Below, piece by piece: positions 28,755 through 38,115 of a DNA stretch of 64,000 nt. This DNA is from an uncultured bacterium (GTDB lineage: Bacteria; Sysuimicrobiota; Sysuimicrobiia; Sysuimicrobiales; Sysuimicrobiaceae), in NCBI GenBank assembly GCA_964437095.1, contig CAYTFH010000001.1, forward strand, positions 119,072 through 183,071, given 5' to 3'. Positions within the stretch are counted from its first letter, which is position 1; every line of letters begins with the position of its first letter. Position numbers and translations under genes: made by a program. Under the pieces are notes generated by a model, which saw nothing but the letters and a program-made list of their open reading frames with translations, ran no database searches and had not been told where the DNA came from.

Positions 28755-29086
28755 GCGCGTCAAGAGGGGAGGCGTCGGTCCGCGAAAGCACTTCAGCCCG
28801 CGGACCGCACAGCCCGGGCCCAGTCCCGCAGCGCGGCCAGCAACTCCCGCACCCGGGCGCGGGTGGCCTCGTCCACCAGGCGCCCCTGCGCGTCGAACTT
28901 GTCCCGGGCGTGGGTAACCAGGACCTCCGGACGGTGCAGCTGCCGGGCCTCCAGCGACGCCAGCACCTGCCGCAGGTGCAGCTGCGCCCGCAGCGTGCCC
29001 CAGGCCCCCATCGTTCGGAGCACATCCGGCCATCCCCCGCGCCCACGGGGACCGGCGTCGGACGTCGTACGACTTCTCCCTGCAAA

Positions 29087-29136
29087 CCGGGGTCCCCAAA
29101 AATCGCGCCAGCGATTTTTGGGGCGCTCTAGCGCCC
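29087..29136. repeat. palindromic repeat element, copy 1 (inside the FMN reductase gene)
   Basis: CCGGGGTCCCCAAAAATCGC-GCCA-GCGATTTTTGGGG plus adjacent GGGCGCTCTAGCGCCC palindrome; AT-rich core. Confidence 0.6.
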
Positions 29137-29566
29137 ATCACCGCCACGGGCTTGCCCCGGAAGGGGTTGTCCCCCGCGGGGCGGGTGGCCCAGTCCAGCG
29201 CGTTCTTCAGCACCCCCGGGAAGGACCAGTTGTACTCCGGGGTGACCACCAGCACCGCGTCCGCGTCGCGGATTTCGCGCTTGAAGGCCACCACCGCCTC
29301 CGGGAGCCCTCGCTGCTCCACGTCCCCGTCGTACAGGGGGATGCCCCTCAGGTCGAAGGCCACCACCTCCACGTCTTCGGGGGCCACCTCCGCCGCCGCC
29401 CGCAGCAAGGCGCGGTTGTAGGATCCCTCCCGCAGGCTGCCCGCGAACCCCAAGATCTTCACTGATCCCTCACGCACGCGTGCCCCCTTCCGATTCGGGT
29501 TTACGGCGCAGCAGTGTACGCGGCTCCGCCGGGCGCGTCAAACCCTCTTGACAATTCCACGAGCTC

Positions 29567-29584
29567 TGCCGTAAACAAACGGCA
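29567..29584 (+). promoter_or_regulatory. inverted repeat TGCCGT-AAACAA-ACGGCA overlapping a putative TTGACA(29548)-N18-TAAACA promoter upstream of nirA
   Basis: Perfect 6-bp inverted repeat with 6-nt spacer, read from sequence. Confidence 0.3.
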
Positions 29585-29727
29585 AGACCACGCAGTCCGT
29601 CTGGGCCCCGCAGTTCCCTCTTCCCTGCCCCGCCGCAGTCCACCCAATAGCCGCGGAGCTCTTTCCGGCCGCGTCGCCGTGGGAACCCCGTCGTTCCCGG
29701 ACACCCCATCCGGGAAAGGAGGTCACC

Positions 29728-31608
29728 ATGGCCGAAAACAGCTCGGCGCCCAACTTCGTGGAAAGCCTCAAGGCCGCCCGGGACGGGCTGGACGTGGGCG
29801 AGGACATCCCCCGCTACGCGCGTCTGGGCTGGCAGGCCATCCCCAAGGACGACGTGGAGCGGCTCAAGTGGTGGGGGGTCTTCCTCCGCCGCCAGAGCGA
29901 GGGGGAACCCGGGTACTTCATGCTCCGGATCCGCATCCCCAACGGTATCGCCACCGCCGCCCAGGCCCGGGAGATGGGCCGCCTCAGCCGCGACCTGGGT
30001 CGCGGGGTGCTGGACGTCACCACCCGGCAGCAGGTGCAGATGCGGTGGATCCGTATGGAGAACGTCCCGGAGGTCCTGGACCGGCTGCGGGGGGCGGGTC
30101 TCACGACCCTTCAGACGGGCATGGACAACGTGCGCAACGTGGTGGGCTGCCCCCTCGCAGGGCTGCTGTCCACCGAGCTCCTGGACGCCTCCCCGGTGGT
30201 GCGGGAGCTCACCGCTCGCATCGTGGGGAACCGCGCCTACACCAACCTGCCCCGGAAGTTCAACGTGACCGTCACCGGCTGCGTGCAGAACTGCACCCAC
30301 GCGGAGACCCAGGACCTCGCCCTGGTGCCCGCCACGCGATCCCACCGCGGGTACCGTCAGGTGGGGTTCAACGTCCTCGTGGGCGGCAAGATGGGCTCCG
30401 GCGGATACCGCGTGGCCTCCCCCTTGGACGTCTTCGTCACCGAGGGAGAGGCCGTGGAGCTGTGCGTGGCCGTGGTGGAGGTCTTCCGGGACTGGGGGCC
30501 GAGGGAAGCTCGCGGCCGGGCCCGCTTGAGCTTCCTGCTGGACGCCTGGGGGGTCAACCGGTTCCGGGAAGCCGTCCAGAGGCGCCTGGGCCGTCCCCTG
30601 CTACCGGCCGGGGAAGACGCCCGTCGACCCGCTGCGTGCGACCACCTGGGCGTGATCCGGCAGAAGGAGCCCGGGCTGTACGCGGTGGGCCTGCTGGTCC
30701 CCGTGGGCCGGCTCAGGGCTGAGCAGCTGCTGGAGCTAGCGCGCCTGGCGGAGGTGTACGGAGCGGGAGAAGTCCGGTTCACCACAGGCCAGAACGTGGT
30801 GCTGCCCCACGTGCCCGAAAGCCAGCTGCAGCGGCTCTTGGAAGAACCCCTGCTGCGCGAGCTCCGGCCCGACCCTCCGCCCGCGCTGCGCGGGCTGGTG
30901 AGCTGCACCGGCACGGACTACTGCAACTTGGCCCTGATCGACACCAAACGGCGTGCCCTGGACTTGAGCCGGAAGCTGGAACCCCGAATCCACCGCCCCG
31001 TCACCGTGCACTGGTCGGGATGTCCCGCGGGCTGCGGCAACCACGGGGTGGCGGACGTGGGGCTGGTGGGCAAGAGGGTCCGGGTGGACGGCCGGGTGGT
31101 GGAGGCGGTGGACGTGTACGTGGGCGGCTGTTCTGGCCCCGAGCCGCTGCCTGCCTTGAAGCTCCTGGAGGACGTGCCGTGCGACGCCCTGGAGCCCATC
31201 CTGGAGGCCCTGATGCGGTACGGCGACTTCGAGGGGCTGCGCGCGCAGCTGCGGGCCTGGCTCCCGGGAAAACTTCTTCGATCAGGGCCCGCACCGCTTC
31301 GCGGCCCCACCGTCCCCGTATCGGAGCTCCCCGACGGGAAGGGAGTCCGGGTGCGCCTGGGGGGCGAGGAGGTGGCGGTGTTCCGATGCAACGGGACGGT
31401 GTACGCGGTGCAGGACCGTTGCCCCCACGCCGGAGCCTCCCTGGCCGAAGGCGTGGTGGACGGTACGGAGGTGATCTGTCCCGAGCACGGCTACCGCTTC
31501 TGTCTGCGCACCGGGCGCGGGCTCACGGACCCGAGCCTCTCCGTCCGGACCTTTTTCGTGCGACGGGAAGGGGAAGCCGTGGTGGTGGAAGAGTCGGAGG
31601 AGGGTTGA
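29728..31608 (+). CDS. nirA: ferredoxin-nitrite reductase fused to C-terminal Rieske-type NirD small-subunit domain
   Basis: NIR_SIR domains and siroheme/4Fe-4S Cys (SCTGTDYC, SGCPAGC). C-terminal CPHAGASLAEG...CPEHGYRF Rieske motif. SD GGAAAGGAGG + ATG. Confidence 0.85.
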   Translation: MAENSSAPNFVESLKAARDGLDVGEDIPRYARLGWQAIPKDDVERLKWWGVFLRRQSEGEPGYFMLRIRIPNGIATAAQAREMGRLSRDLGRGVLDVTTRQQVQMRWIRMENVPEVLDRLRGAGLTTLQTGMDNVRNVVGCPLAGLLSTELLDASPVVRELTARIVGNRAYTNLPRKFNVTVTGCVQNCTHAETQDLALVPATRSHRGYRQVGFNVLVGGKMGSGGYRVASPLDVFVTEGEAVELCVAVVEVFRDWGPREARGRARLSFLLDAWGVNRFREAVQRRLGRPLLPAGEDARRPAACDHLGVIRQKEPGLYAVGLLVPVGRLRAEQLLELARLAEVYGAGEVRFTTGQNVVLPHVPESQLQRLLEEPLLRELRPDPPPALRGLVSCTGTDYCNLALIDTKRRALDLSRKLEPRIHRPVTVHWSGCPAGCGNHGVADVGLVGKRVRVDGRVVEAVDVYVGGCSGPEPLPALKLLEDVPCDALEPILEALMRYGDFEGLRAQLRAWLPGKLLRSGPAPLRGPTVPVSELPDGKGVRVRLGGEEVAVFRCNGTVYAVQDRCPHAGASLAEGVVDGTEVICPEHGYRFCLRTGRGLTDPSLSVRTFFVRREGEAVVVEESEEG

Positions 31609-31609
31609 G

Positions 31610-32431
31610 ATGGCGTACGTGAAGCCGGACGAGGTGGTGCGGAGGCTGGTGGACGCAGGGGTGGCCAAGGCAGCCCTGGCAGACCGTGACCTGCTGGTGC
31701 GCGGCTTCTTCTCGGGCGCGCTGCTGGGGTTCGCCACCACCCTGGCCGCCAGTGCTTCCCTGCAGACCGGCTTCCCCCTGGTGGGAGCGGCCCTGTTCCC
31801 CGCGGGGTTCGTGATGGTGGTGCTCCTGGGCATGGAGCTGGTGACGGGGAACTTCGCCGTCCTGCCCCTGGCGGCGTGGGAACGGCGCATCGCACCCGCG
31901 CGGGTATGGAGGAACTGGGGCTGGGTCTACGCGGGGAACCTGCTGGGCGCGGCGACCTACGCCCTCCTGCTCACCGCGGCCGTGGCCCCGGACTCGGGGC
32001 TCGCGCGGCAGCTGGCCGCGGTGGCCGAGGCGAAGACGGCGGGCTACGCGAGCGTGGGAGTTGCGGGGCTGCGGGCGGCGTTCGTCAGGGCCGTGCTGGG
32101 CAACTGGATGGTGACCCTCGGTGTGGTGCTGTCCCAGAGCTCGGAGTCCACGGGCGGGAAGATGGCCGCCATGTGGCTGCCCATCCTGACCTTCTTCGCC
32201 CAGGGGTTCGAGCACGCAGTGGTCAACATGTTCGTGATCCCCGCGGGGATGTTGCTCGGCGCTCGCGTCACGGTGGCGGACTGGTGGCTGTGGAACCAGC
32301 TGCCCGTGACCCTGGGCAACCTGGTGGGCGGACTCGTGTTCACGGGGCTGGGCTTGTACGTGACCCACCGCCCCCGAGAGGCGGACGCGCGGGCACGGGC
32401 CGCGGGGCTGGGCCCCGTGGCGACCCCGTAG
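31610..32431 (+). CDS. formate/nitrite transporter (FNT) family channel
   Basis: FNT-like topology and motifs (GMELVTGNF, FEHAVVNMF); ATG immediately follows the nirA stop. Confidence 0.75.
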   Translation: MAYVKPDEVVRRLVDAGVAKAALADRDLLVRGFFSGALLGFATTLAASASLQTGFPLVGAALFPAGFVMVVLLGMELVTGNFAVLPLAAWERRIAPARVWRNWGWVYAGNLLGAATYALLLTAAVAPDSGLARQLAAVAEAKTAGYASVGVAGLRAAFVRAVLGNWMVTLGVVLSQSSESTGGKMAAMWLPILTFFAQGFEHAVVNMFVIPAGMLLGARVTVADWWLWNQLPVTLGNLVGGLVFTGLGLYVTHRPREADARARAAGLGPVATP

Positions 32432-32434
32432 TCC

Positions 32435-33109
32435 TCACGGGGGTCCTTGTTCCCGCAGGGCCAACAGGGCGGACCGCAGCCGGCTCAAGAGCTCCTCCTC
32501 GCTCTCCTGGCCCGGCCACACGGGCGGCCCGAAGCGCACCCCCACCCTTCGCGGCCGCGGTATGACCTTGCCCAGGGGCAGGGCGCGGTCGGTGCCGTAC
32601 AGCCAGGCGGGCAGGATGGGCGCGCCGCTGCGGAGGCTCAGGGCCGCCACGCCGCGGCGCAGGGGTGCCAGGGGGTGCTCGGTGCGGTTTACGCCGCCTT
32701 CCGGGAACAGCGCCAGCACCCCTCCCGCCCGCAGCACGTCCAGCGCCGCGCGGAACCCACCGCCGGTGTACGCGCCCGGGTCCAGCTCCGTGCGCCGCAC
32801 GGGCAAAAACCCGTACCACCGCACCACGGGGGCGATGACGCGGATGAGGGGCTCCCACGGCACGAACCCCGGGGTGAGGCGGCGGCCCAACAGCTCCTCC
32901 GCTCCCAGGAACACCGCCCGGCGGGGCAGGGCCGCGGCCAGCACCACGGGGTCCAGCCACGACCGGTGGTTGGCGGCCACCACCACGCGACCCGCCACCG
33001 GGCAGAACTCCTGGCCCGCGGTGCGGAATCCGAACACCCACCACAACAGGGCCCGCACCGCGTGCCGCACCGCCCGGTAGTCCCAGGCCTCGCCGGGCAG
33101 CTCCTTCAT
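32435..33109 (-). CDS. plsC: 1-acyl-sn-glycerol-3-phosphate acyltransferase
   Basis: AANHRSWLD (HX4D) and FPEGG motifs. Confidence 0.75.
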   Translation of the reverse strand: MKELPGEAWDYRAVRHAVRALLWWVFGFRTAGQEFCPVAGRVVVAANHRSWLDPVVLAAALPRRAVFLGAEELLGRRLTPGFVPWEPLIRVIAPVVRWYGFLPVRRTELDPGAYTGGGFRAALDVLRAGGVLALFPEGGVNRTEHPLAPLRRGVAALSLRSGAPILPAWLYGTDRALPLGKVIPRPRRVGVRFGPPVWPGQESEEELLSRLRSALLALREQGPP

Positions 33110-33131
33110 GCCGCCGAGCGCTGCTGCTGGC

Positions 33132-34406
33132 TCAGGGCCGGCGCGCCAGCTCCAGCACCAGGGGGAGGACGTCCACGCCCCGGAGCTTCCCGAGCCCGCC
33201 CGCGGTCGCCGCGGACTCCCCGAAGCCGCCCGCTCCGTCCGGGTCCAACCCGGGGCTCCACACCAGCAAGGGCACGGGGTCGTCGCTGTGGGCGTGCAGT
33301 TCGCACACGGTGGCGTGGTCCGCGGTCACGGCCACCACCACGTCCTGCCGTCCCGCCAGCCCCTGGCGCAGCGGCCCGAAGAAGTGCTGGTCGATGCCCT
33401 CCACCACCGCCCGCTTACCCTCCCAGTCGCCGTCGTGGCCGGGTTCGTCCGGGCCCTTCAGGTGCACGTACAGCCCGTCCCACCGGTCCAGTTGGCGCAG
33501 GGCCTCCTCCGCCCACGCCCCGTACACCTGAGGGTCGCGGCGGCTGGGCGGGACTTCCACCACGCCCATCCCCAAGAGCCGCGCGATGCCCCGCTCCACG
33601 GGCATCTCCACGAAGCACGCGAAACGCGCTCCGAACCGCTCCGAGAAGGACGGCAGGTGCGGGACGTGGTCGCTGGCGTCCCGGAGCAGGACCAGGTTGG
33701 CGGGAGGCTCGCCACGGCGGCGGCGGCCCTCGTTCACGGGATGGTCTTCCAGTACCCGCCGGCTGAGCTCCGTGAACTCGTTCACCAGCTCCGCGGCCCG
33801 CACCGCCCCGGGTTCGCCGTCCACGGGCACGCAGGGCTCCACCTCGTCCGTCACCACGGTTTTCGCCACGCCCAAGGCCCCCACGCGGCCGTAGGCGGGG
33901 TCGGTGTTGGAGATGCGGGCGGAAAGCCGGACTTGCGGGTCGTACAGCACCAGCACGCAGCGGTGCCCCACGCTGGCCTCGAACCGGAAGGTGGCACCCG
34001 AAAGCCGCACGTGCTCCTGCACCGCCCGGGCCAGCTCCCTGGCCTCCTCGCTGCGGAGGCTGCGTCCCACCCGCCGGTCCACGATGCGCCGGCCCTCCCC
34101 GGCCGTGGCGAAGTTCCCCCTCAGGGCCAGGTTGCCGTCCTGGAAGGGGATGTCCATGCCCAGGGCTTCCAGCAGGCCGCGACCCGCGTGGTACTGGAAG
34201 GGGTCGTAGCCCAGGATGGCGGTCACCGCCACGTCGGACTCCGGGGCGATGCCCGCACCCACCGTCACCACCAGCCCCTGCCGCCCTTCCGCCGCCAGGC
34301 TGTCCAGGTGCGGGGTGTGCGCCGCTTCCAAGGGTGTGCGCCCGCCGAGCGCCGCCACCGGCCGGTCCGCCAGGCCGTCCAGGATCAGGTACAGGACCTT
34401 CCGCAC
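33132..34406 (-). CDS. apgM: cofactor-independent phosphoglycerate mutase, archaeal type
   Basis: VLYLILDGLADRP...metalloenzyme/alkaline-phosphatase-like core; SD GAGGAGGTGG + GTG. Confidence 0.7.
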   Translation of the reverse strand: MRKVLYLILDGLADRPVAALGGRTPLEAAHTPHLDSLAAEGRQGLVVTVGAGIAPESDVAVTAILGYDPFQYHAGRGLLEALGMDIPFQDGNLALRGNFATAGEGRRIVDRRVGRSLRSEEARELARAVQEHVRLSGATFRFEASVGHRCVLVLYDPQVRLSARISNTDPAYGRVGALGVAKTVVTDEVEPCVPVDGEPGAVRAAELVNEFTELSRRVLEDHPVNEGRRRRGEPPANLVLLRDASDHVPHLPSFSERFGARFACFVEMPVERGIARLLGMGVVEVPPSRRDPQVYGAWAEEALRQLDRWDGLYVHLKGPDEPGHDGDWEGKRAVVEGIDQHFFGPLRQGLAGRQDVVVAVTADHATVCELHAHSDDPVPLLVWSPGLDPDGAGGFGESAATAGGLGKLRGVDVLPLVLELARRP

Positions 34407-34417
34407 CGTCCACCTCC

Positions 34418-35200
34418 TCAACCCGCCTGCAGGAGGCGCAGCAGCTCCCCCAGGTCCCGGGCCACCAGGTCCGGCCGCACGTCCCCGGCCCGGGCGTCCT
34501 CTTCGGAGGCCACCCCCGTGAGCACCAGGGCCGTGGGCATGCCCATCCTGCGGGCGCCCACTACGTCCGTGGCCATTTGGTCTCCCACCATGAGGGTCTC
34601 CTGCGGCCGCGTGCCCAGCCGCTCCAGGGCCATCTGGAAGGGGTAGGGTTCCGGCTTGCCCACGCAGACCGGGTCGCGGCCCGTGGCCGTGCGGATGGCC
34701 GCCACGATGGCCCCCGCGCCCGGCCACAGCTCCCCCTCCACGGGCAGGTTGGCGTCCAGGTTGGTGGCCACGAAACGCGCCCCGCGCCGGAGCGCCGAGC
34801 AGGCCGCGCGGAGCCGCGCGTACGTGAGTTGGGTGTCCAGCCCCACCACCACGGCCTCCGCCTCCCCTTCGTCCACGAGTGCGTAGCCCGCCTGCCGCAC
34901 CGCCTGCCGCAGGCCCTCCCCGCCCACCACCAGGACCCGCCCCCGCAGCTCCCACCGCCGCAGCAGGGCGGCGGCGCACAGGGCGGAGGTGATCACCTGC
35001 GCTTCCTCCGCGGCGATCCCCAACCTCCGCAGGTACTCCACGTACTGCCCGGGGGTGCGGGTGGAGTTGTTGGTGACGAAGGCGAACGGCAGCTCCCGCT
35101 GCCGAAGCCACGCGAGGAACTCCGCGGCCCCGGGCAACAGCTCCCTGCCCCGGTAGACCACACCATCCAGGTCCAAAACCACGCCGCGGAGTTGGATCAT
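34418..35200 (-). CDS. HAD-IIA family hydrolase (NagD-like)
   Basis: LDLDGVVY...FVTNNS...GKPEP...MVGDQMATDV HAD motifs I-IV. Confidence 0.75.
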   Translation of the reverse strand: MIQLRGVVLDLDGVVYRGRELLPGAAEFLAWLRQRELPFAFVTNNSTRTPGQYVEYLRRLGIAAEEAQVITSALCAAALLRRWELRGRVLVVGGEGLRQAVRQAGYALVDEGEAEAVVVGLDTQLTYARLRAACSALRRGARFVATNLDANLPVEGELWPGAGAIVAAIRTATGRDPVCVGKPEPYPFQMALERLGTRPQETLMVGDQMATDVVGARRMGMPTALVLTGVASEEDARAGDVRPDLVARDLGELLRLLQAG

Positions 35201-36066
35201 GCGGGGCTTTCCCACGGCAGCCGTTCCACGAACTCCAAGGCCAGCTGTCCCGCGTACACCTCCGAGGCGGGACCCGTCATCCGCAACCGGTACTGCCCGT
35301 CCACGGACACCCGCAGCACGCCGCCCTCCATCTCCACCCACAGACTCCGGCCCGTCACCCCCCGGCGGACGCACGCGGCGGCCACCGCGCACGCGCTGGA
35401 GCCCGACGCCAGGGTGTGCCCCGCCCCCCGCTCCCAGATCCGGATCCGCACCCGGTCCGGGCCGAGCACCTGCGCGAACTGCACGTTGGTGCGCTGGGGG
35501 AACAGGGAGTGCCGCTCCAAAGCCGGCCCCAGGCGCGGGAGGTCCACGCGTCCGAGGTCCTCCGTGAACACCACACAGTGGGGGTTGCCCACGTTCACCG
35601 CGGTGACGGCCAACCCGACCCCGTCCACCTCCACGGGCTCGTCCACCACCTCCCGCGGGGGTCCCGCCACCGGGATGCGATCGCTGCGGAAGGTGGCCTC
35701 CCCCATGTCCACCGTCACCTCCACCACCCGGCCGTCCCGCACCTCCAGGTCGCACCGCACCACTCCCCCCACCGTCTCCACGGTGAAGGTACGGCTGCGG
35801 GTGTACCCGTGCTCGTACAGGTACTTGGCGAAGATGCGCAGCCCGTTGCCGCTCTTCTCCGCTTCACTTCCGTCCGGGTTGTAGATCCGCACGCCGAAGT
35901 CCGCCCGCGCGGACCGCGCTCGGGCCAGCACCCCGTCGGAGCCGACCCCGAAGTGGCGGTCGCACAACCGCCGCACCACCTCCGGGGTCAGGGGGAAGTC
36001 CAGGTCCGCGGGGTCCACCACGATGTAGTCGTTGCCCAGGGCGTGGGACTTCACGAACCGGTTCAT
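35197..36066 (-). CDS. dapF: diaminopimelate epimerase
   Basis: FVKSHALGNDYIVVD...GNPHCVVF...SGSSACA catalytic Cys motifs; ATGA overlap with the HAD gene. Confidence 0.85.
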   Translation of the reverse strand: MNRFVKSHALGNDYIVVDPADLDFPLTPEVVRRLCDRHFGVGSDGVLARARSARADFGVRIYNPDGSEAEKSGNGLRIFAKYLYEHGYTRSRTFTVETVGGVVRCDLEVRDGRVVEVTVDMGEATFRSDRIPVAGPPREVVDEPVEVDGVGLAVTAVNVGNPHCVVFTEDLGRVDLPRLGPALERHSLFPQRTNVQFAQVLGPDRVRIRIWERGAGHTLASGSSACAVAAACVRRGVTGRSLWVEMEGGVLRVSVDGQYRLRMTGPASEVYAGQLALEFVERLPWESPA

Positions 36067-37142
36067 CCCTGCGCACCCTCCATGCGGATCCGGCGGCCGC
36101 CCTCGTACGTGGTGCACAGCGCGTTGCGCCGACGCCACCGTTCCAGGGCCAAGTCCACCAGCCGGCTCACCAGCTCCCGGTAGGGGATCCCGGAAGCCTC
36201 CCACAGTTTGGGGTACATGCTGATGGGGGTGAACCCCGGGATGGTGTTCACCTCGCTCACGTAGGTGGCCCCGTTCCTCTCCAGGAGGAAGTCCACCCGG
36301 GCCATCCCGCACAGCCGCAGGACCCGGTACGCTTGGAGAGCCAGGCGGCGGACCTGCTCCGCCCGTCCCGGGGGGATGTCCGCGGGGATCACGAGGTCCG
36401 CCCCATGCGGGTCCACGTACTTGGCCTCGTAGTCGTAGAACGCGCGCCTGGGCCGGATCTCGCCGGGCACGGAGGCGATGGGGTGGTCGTTGCCCAGCAC
36501 GCTCACCTCCACCTCCACGGGCTCGGGGACTGCCCGCTCCACGATCACCGCGAGGTCGTACCGCAAAGCGTCGGCCACCGCCCCCGCCAGCTCGGTGGGG
36601 CCGTCCACCCGGTGCACGCCCACGGAGGAGCCCAGGCGCGTGGGCTTGACGAAGCACGGGTAGCCCACGGAGGACGCCACCCGGGCCCCTACCGCCGCCG
36701 GGTCCCGTTCCCACTCAACTGCCTCCACCACCACGAAGGGCACCACGGGCAGCCCGCCGTCCCGCAACAGGGCCTTCTGCACCCCCTTGTCCATGCCCAC
36801 CGCGGAGCCCAGCACGTCCGCTCCCACGTACGGCACGTTCACCACCTCCAGCAAGCCCTGCACCGTGCCGTCCTCCCCATAGGTCCCGTGCAGCACGGGG
36901 AAGACCACGTCGCACACCACCTCGCGGCCGTCCACCACCAGGTTGGCTTTGCCCACGCGATCCAGGCGCAGCCACACGGGCTTGCCCTCCACCCACCAGC
37001 GGCCGTCCCGGTCGATGAACACCTCCACCACGGAGAACCGCTCGGGGTCCGCGGCGCGGATCACGTGGCGAGCCGAAACACAGGACACCTCGTGTTCGCC
37101 CGAACGGCCGCCGTACAACACCGCCAGAGTTAGCTGGGCCAC
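36063..37142 (-). CDS. ddl: D-alanine--D-alanine ligase
   Basis: LAVLYGGRSGEHEVS...ATP-grasp...EVNTIPGFT; SD GGAGG + GTG. Confidence 0.85.
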   Translation of the reverse strand: MAQLTLAVLYGGRSGEHEVSCVSARHVIRAADPERFSVVEVFIDRDGRWWVEGKPVWLRLDRVGKANLVVDGREVVCDVVFPVLHGTYGEDGTVQGLLEVVNVPYVGADVLGSAVGMDKGVQKALLRDGGLPVVPFVVVEAVEWERDPAAVGARVASSVGYPCFVKPTRLGSSVGVHRVDGPTELAGAVADALRYDLAVIVERAVPEPVEVEVSVLGNDHPIASVPGEIRPRRAFYDYEAKYVDPHGADLVIPADIPPGRAEQVRRLALQAYRVLRLCGMARVDFLLERNGATYVSEVNTIPGFTPISMYPKLWEASGIPYRELVSRLVDLALERWRRRNALCTTYEGGRRIRMEGAQG

Positions 37143-37203
37143 CCTGTCGCCTCCGGTCGCAGTGTGACCATAGGCGGAAGCGAAGACGGCGTCAAGGAGC
37201 CCG

Positions 37204-38115
37204 TCACGCTGCGAGGGGCGCGCGGCGGAGGGAGGCCCACACGCTGGCCGCCAGCAGCGCCGCGGAGGCCACGGCGAACAACCCTCCCACCTCCTGCTCC
37301 GTCCACCGCCACCCGCTGCGCCGGGCCAGGTGGCGGTAGGCGCGGCGCAGCTGCGCCGCGTTGGTGGTGCGGTAGTACCTGCCGCCGGTGCGCTCCGCGA
37401 TGCGCTGCAGGGTCGGTTCGTCCAACAGCCCCCAGGTGCCGCTGCGGAGCAGGTGCGCGGGCCGGGTGGTGGCGACGCCCACCGTGTACAGCCGCACCTT
37501 TGCCTGCACCGCCCGCTCCGTGGCCTCCTCCGGCGTGGGGCCGTCGCTGTAGCGGCCATCCGACAGCAGCACCGCCACCCCCCGCACCTCCCCGTGCAGC
37601 GGTTCCGCCTCCACCAGGCGGACCGCCTCCAGCAGCCCCGCCCCCAGTTGGGTGCGCAGCTGGGTGGTGAGCGCGGACACCGCCCGCGCTACCCTGTCCC
37701 GGTCCGCGGTGAGGGGGACCACCACGCTGGCGAAGTTGCCGAAGGTGACCAACCCCACCCGCACGCCGCGGGGCAAGCGCTGCAGGAACTCCACCGCCGC
37801 CCGCTTGGCGGCCTCTAGGCGGGAGGGCTCCACGTCCGTCTCCTCCATGCTCCGGCTCACGTCCACCACCAGGACCACGGGCCAGCCTGCGGGCGCGGGC
37901 CACGGGGAGGTGGGCCGCGCGGCACCCAGGGTGGCCAGGGCCAGGGCCGCCAGGAACGGGCCCATGGCGCCCCGCGGGGCTTCCCGCGGCAACCACGCCA
38001 CCTGCGGGAAGGTGAACGCCCGGGCGGCCCTGCGGCGCACCACGGCACGGACGCCTAGGGCCAAGAAGGGCCACAGGGCCAGAGCCCACAGCACCTCGGG
38101 CCACCGGAAGCTCAC
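37204..38115 (-). CDS. VWA-domain membrane protein (BatA-like)
   Basis: N-terminal TM helices, VLVVDVSRSM MIDAS motif; GTG overlaps the HK stop. Confidence 0.65.
   Translation of the reverse strand: MSFRWPEVLWALALWPFLALGVRAVVRRRAARAFTFPQVAWLPREAPRGAMGPFLAALALATLGAARPTSPWPAPAGWPVVLVVDVSRSMEETDVEPSRLEAAKRAAVEFLQRLPRGVRVGLVTFGNFASVVVPLTADRDRVARAVSALTTQLRTQLGAGLLEAVRLVEAEPLHGEVRGVAVLLSDGRYSDGPTPEEATERAVQAKVRLYTVGVATTRPAHLLRSGTWGLLDEPTLQRIAERTGGRYYRTTNAAQLRRAYRHLARRSGWRWTEQEVGGLFAVASAALLAASVWASLRRAPLAA

Larger units (their letters stand above)
28638..29477 (-). pseudogene. NAD(P)H-dependent FMN reductase disrupted by a ~118-nt insertion carrying a palindromic repeat
   Basis: N-terminus KILGFAGSLREGSYNRALL...VVTPEYNWSFPGVLKNALDW...KPVAVMGA in one frame. 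C-terminus (M)GAWGTLRAQLHLRQVL... in another (28793-29023). The insert is flanked by ATGGGCGC / ATGGGGGC. Confidence 0.55.
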
